Source of the DNA: Bugula neritina
Taxonomy: Eukaryota > Animalia > Bryozoa
Direction of reading: 5' to 3'
DNA: 64,000 bases
Assembly: GCA_964035545.1 (NCBI GenBank)
Contig: CAXIUT010000183.1
Span: forward strand, 1,488,001-1,552,000
Below the pieces are notes generated by a model. The model made no database searches, was not told the DNA's origin, and was given only the letters and a program-made list of their open reading frames with translations. Position 1 is the first letter of the stretch. The number at the start of each line of letters is the position of its first letter. The position numbers were made by a program, and so were the translations under genes. Of this stretch, positions 62,301 through 64,000 are shown in pieces.

Positions 62301-64000
62301 ATATACTGCAACGTACTGCAACATACTCCAGCATACTGAAATACACTGTAACATACTGAAATACACTGCAACATACTACCACATATTGAAATACACTGCA
62401 ACACATTGAAATGTACTGCAACATACCGAAATATATGGTAAACTACTAAAATATACTGTAACATATTGAAAAATACTGCAACATACTGAAATATACTGCG
62501 ACACCTAGCAATATACTGTAACATACTGAAATATGCTCTAGCACACTGAAATACAATGCAACTTACTGAAATATACTGCAACATACTGAAATACACTGCA
62601 ACATCCTACAATATGCTGAAATACACTGTAACATATTGAAATACACTGCAACAATTTGAAATATACTGCAACATACCGAAATATATGGTAAACTACTGCA
62701 ACATACTACAACATATTGAAATACACTGCAACACATTGAAGTATACTGCAACATACCTAAATATACAGTAATATACTGAAATATACTGTAACACATTGAA
62801 AAATACTGCAACATACTGAAATATACTGTAACACACCGAAATATACTGCACCATACTGAAATACACTGTAACATACTGAAATATACTGCAACATACTGAA
62901 ATACACTGCTACATACTGAAATATGCTGCAACATACTGCAACATACTGAAATACACTGTAACATACTGAAATAAACTGCAACATACTACAACATATTGAA
63001 ATACACTGCAACACATTGAAATATACTGCAACATACCTAAATATACGGTAATATACTGAAATTCACTGTAACGCATTGCAACATACTGCAACATACTGAA
63101 ATTCACTGCGACACACTGAAATACGCTGCAAAATACTACAACATACTGGAATAAACTGTAACATATTGAAATACACTGCAACACATAGAAAAATACTGCA
63201 ACATACTGAAATATACTGTAACACACTGAAATATACTGCAACATACCGAAATACACTGTAACATACTGAAATATACTGCAACATACTGAAATTCACTGCG
63301 ACACACTGAAATACGCTGCAAAATACTACAACATACTGAAATAAACTGTAACATATTGAAATACACTGCAACACATAGAAAAATACTGCTACATACTGAA
63401 ATATACTGCAACATACTGCAAAATACTGCAACATACTGAAATACACTGTAACATATTGAAGTACACTGCAACACATTGAAATATACTGCAACATACCAAA
63501 ATATATGGTAAACAACTGAAATATACTTTAACACATTGAAAAATACTGCAACATACTGAAATATACTGCGACACTTTGCAATATACTGTAACATACCGAA
63601 ATATGCTCTAGCACACTGAAATACACTGCAACTCACTGAAATAAACTGCAACATACTGAAATACACTGTGACATCCTGAAATATACTGCAACATTCTGAA
63701 ATACACTGCTACATACTGAAATATACTGCAACATACTGCAACATACTGAAATACACTGCAACATACTACAACATACTGAAATACGCTGCAACACATTGAA
63801 ATATACTGCAACATACCTAAATATACGGTAATATACCGAAATATACTGTAACGCATTGAAAAATACTGCAACATACTGAAATACACTGCGACACACTGAA
63901 ATACGCTGCAAAATACTACAACATACTGAAATAAACTGTAACATATTGAAATACACTGCAATACATTGAAAAATAATGCAATATACTGAAATATACTGTA
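53359..64000. repeat. 6,318-bp tandem duplication (53359-59676; second copy from 59677, truncated by the window edge)
   Basis: ORF pairs 53378/59696, 54071/60389, 55059/61377 and 57290/63608 are all offset by 6318. Shared variants include CCGAAAGATATGG and ACTGGAATAAACTG. Confidence 0.92.

Larger units (their letters stand above)
10982..64000. repeat. 10-bp-monomer satellite array, right part; continues beyond the right edge
   Basis: Same monomer family and orientation as 1-10225; resumes immediately after the TIR; no other foreign sequence seen. Confidence 0.99.

Noticed and set aside
79-63961. Hundreds of minus-strand ORFs as Cys-rich or membrane proteins
   Set aside because: They overlap in all three frames with the same peptide motifs, follow directly from the 10-bp repeat, and show no domain or codon-phase structure.
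1-64000. RIP-like or methylation-driven CpA-to-TpA mutation explaining the C/T variants
   Set aside because: Most variable C positions are in CpA context by construction of the repeat, so context bias cannot be judged by eye. The TG at positions 3-4 is largely preserved, unlike in heavily RIPed DNA.
1-64000. Telomeric repeat array
   Set aside because: No G-run telomere-type motif. The heterogeneous monomers and kb-scale HORs indicate recombinational amplification rather than telomerase synthesis.

Overview
This window is almost entirely one head-to-tail, single-orientation satellite array, most likely eukaryotic (inference). It is built from a 10-bp monomer family: ACTGAAATAY mostly alternating with ACTGCAACAY/ACTGTAACAY, giving a 20-bp dimer. 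The array is organised hierarchically into ~210/250/270/290-bp sub-units, 1.25-1.37-kb duplications, a 4,608-bp tandem duplication, a five-copy ~4.87-kb higher-order repeat (HOR) and a 6,318-bp duplication that runs off the right edge. The only non-satellite DNA is a 756-bp non-autonomous DNA transposon (MITE-like) at 10226-10981. It has perfect 19-bp terminal inverted repeats (TIRs; CAC...GTG) and a probable 2-bp AT target-site duplication (TSD), which can be verified against empty paralogous sites in this window. It also carries two internal sequence boxes repeated at exactly 180 bp. I see no credible protein-coding gene, RNA gene or CRISPR array; the minus-strand ORFs are a by-product of the repeat. 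All alignments were done by eye and from ORF-track offsets, so block boundaries inside the satellite are approximate.
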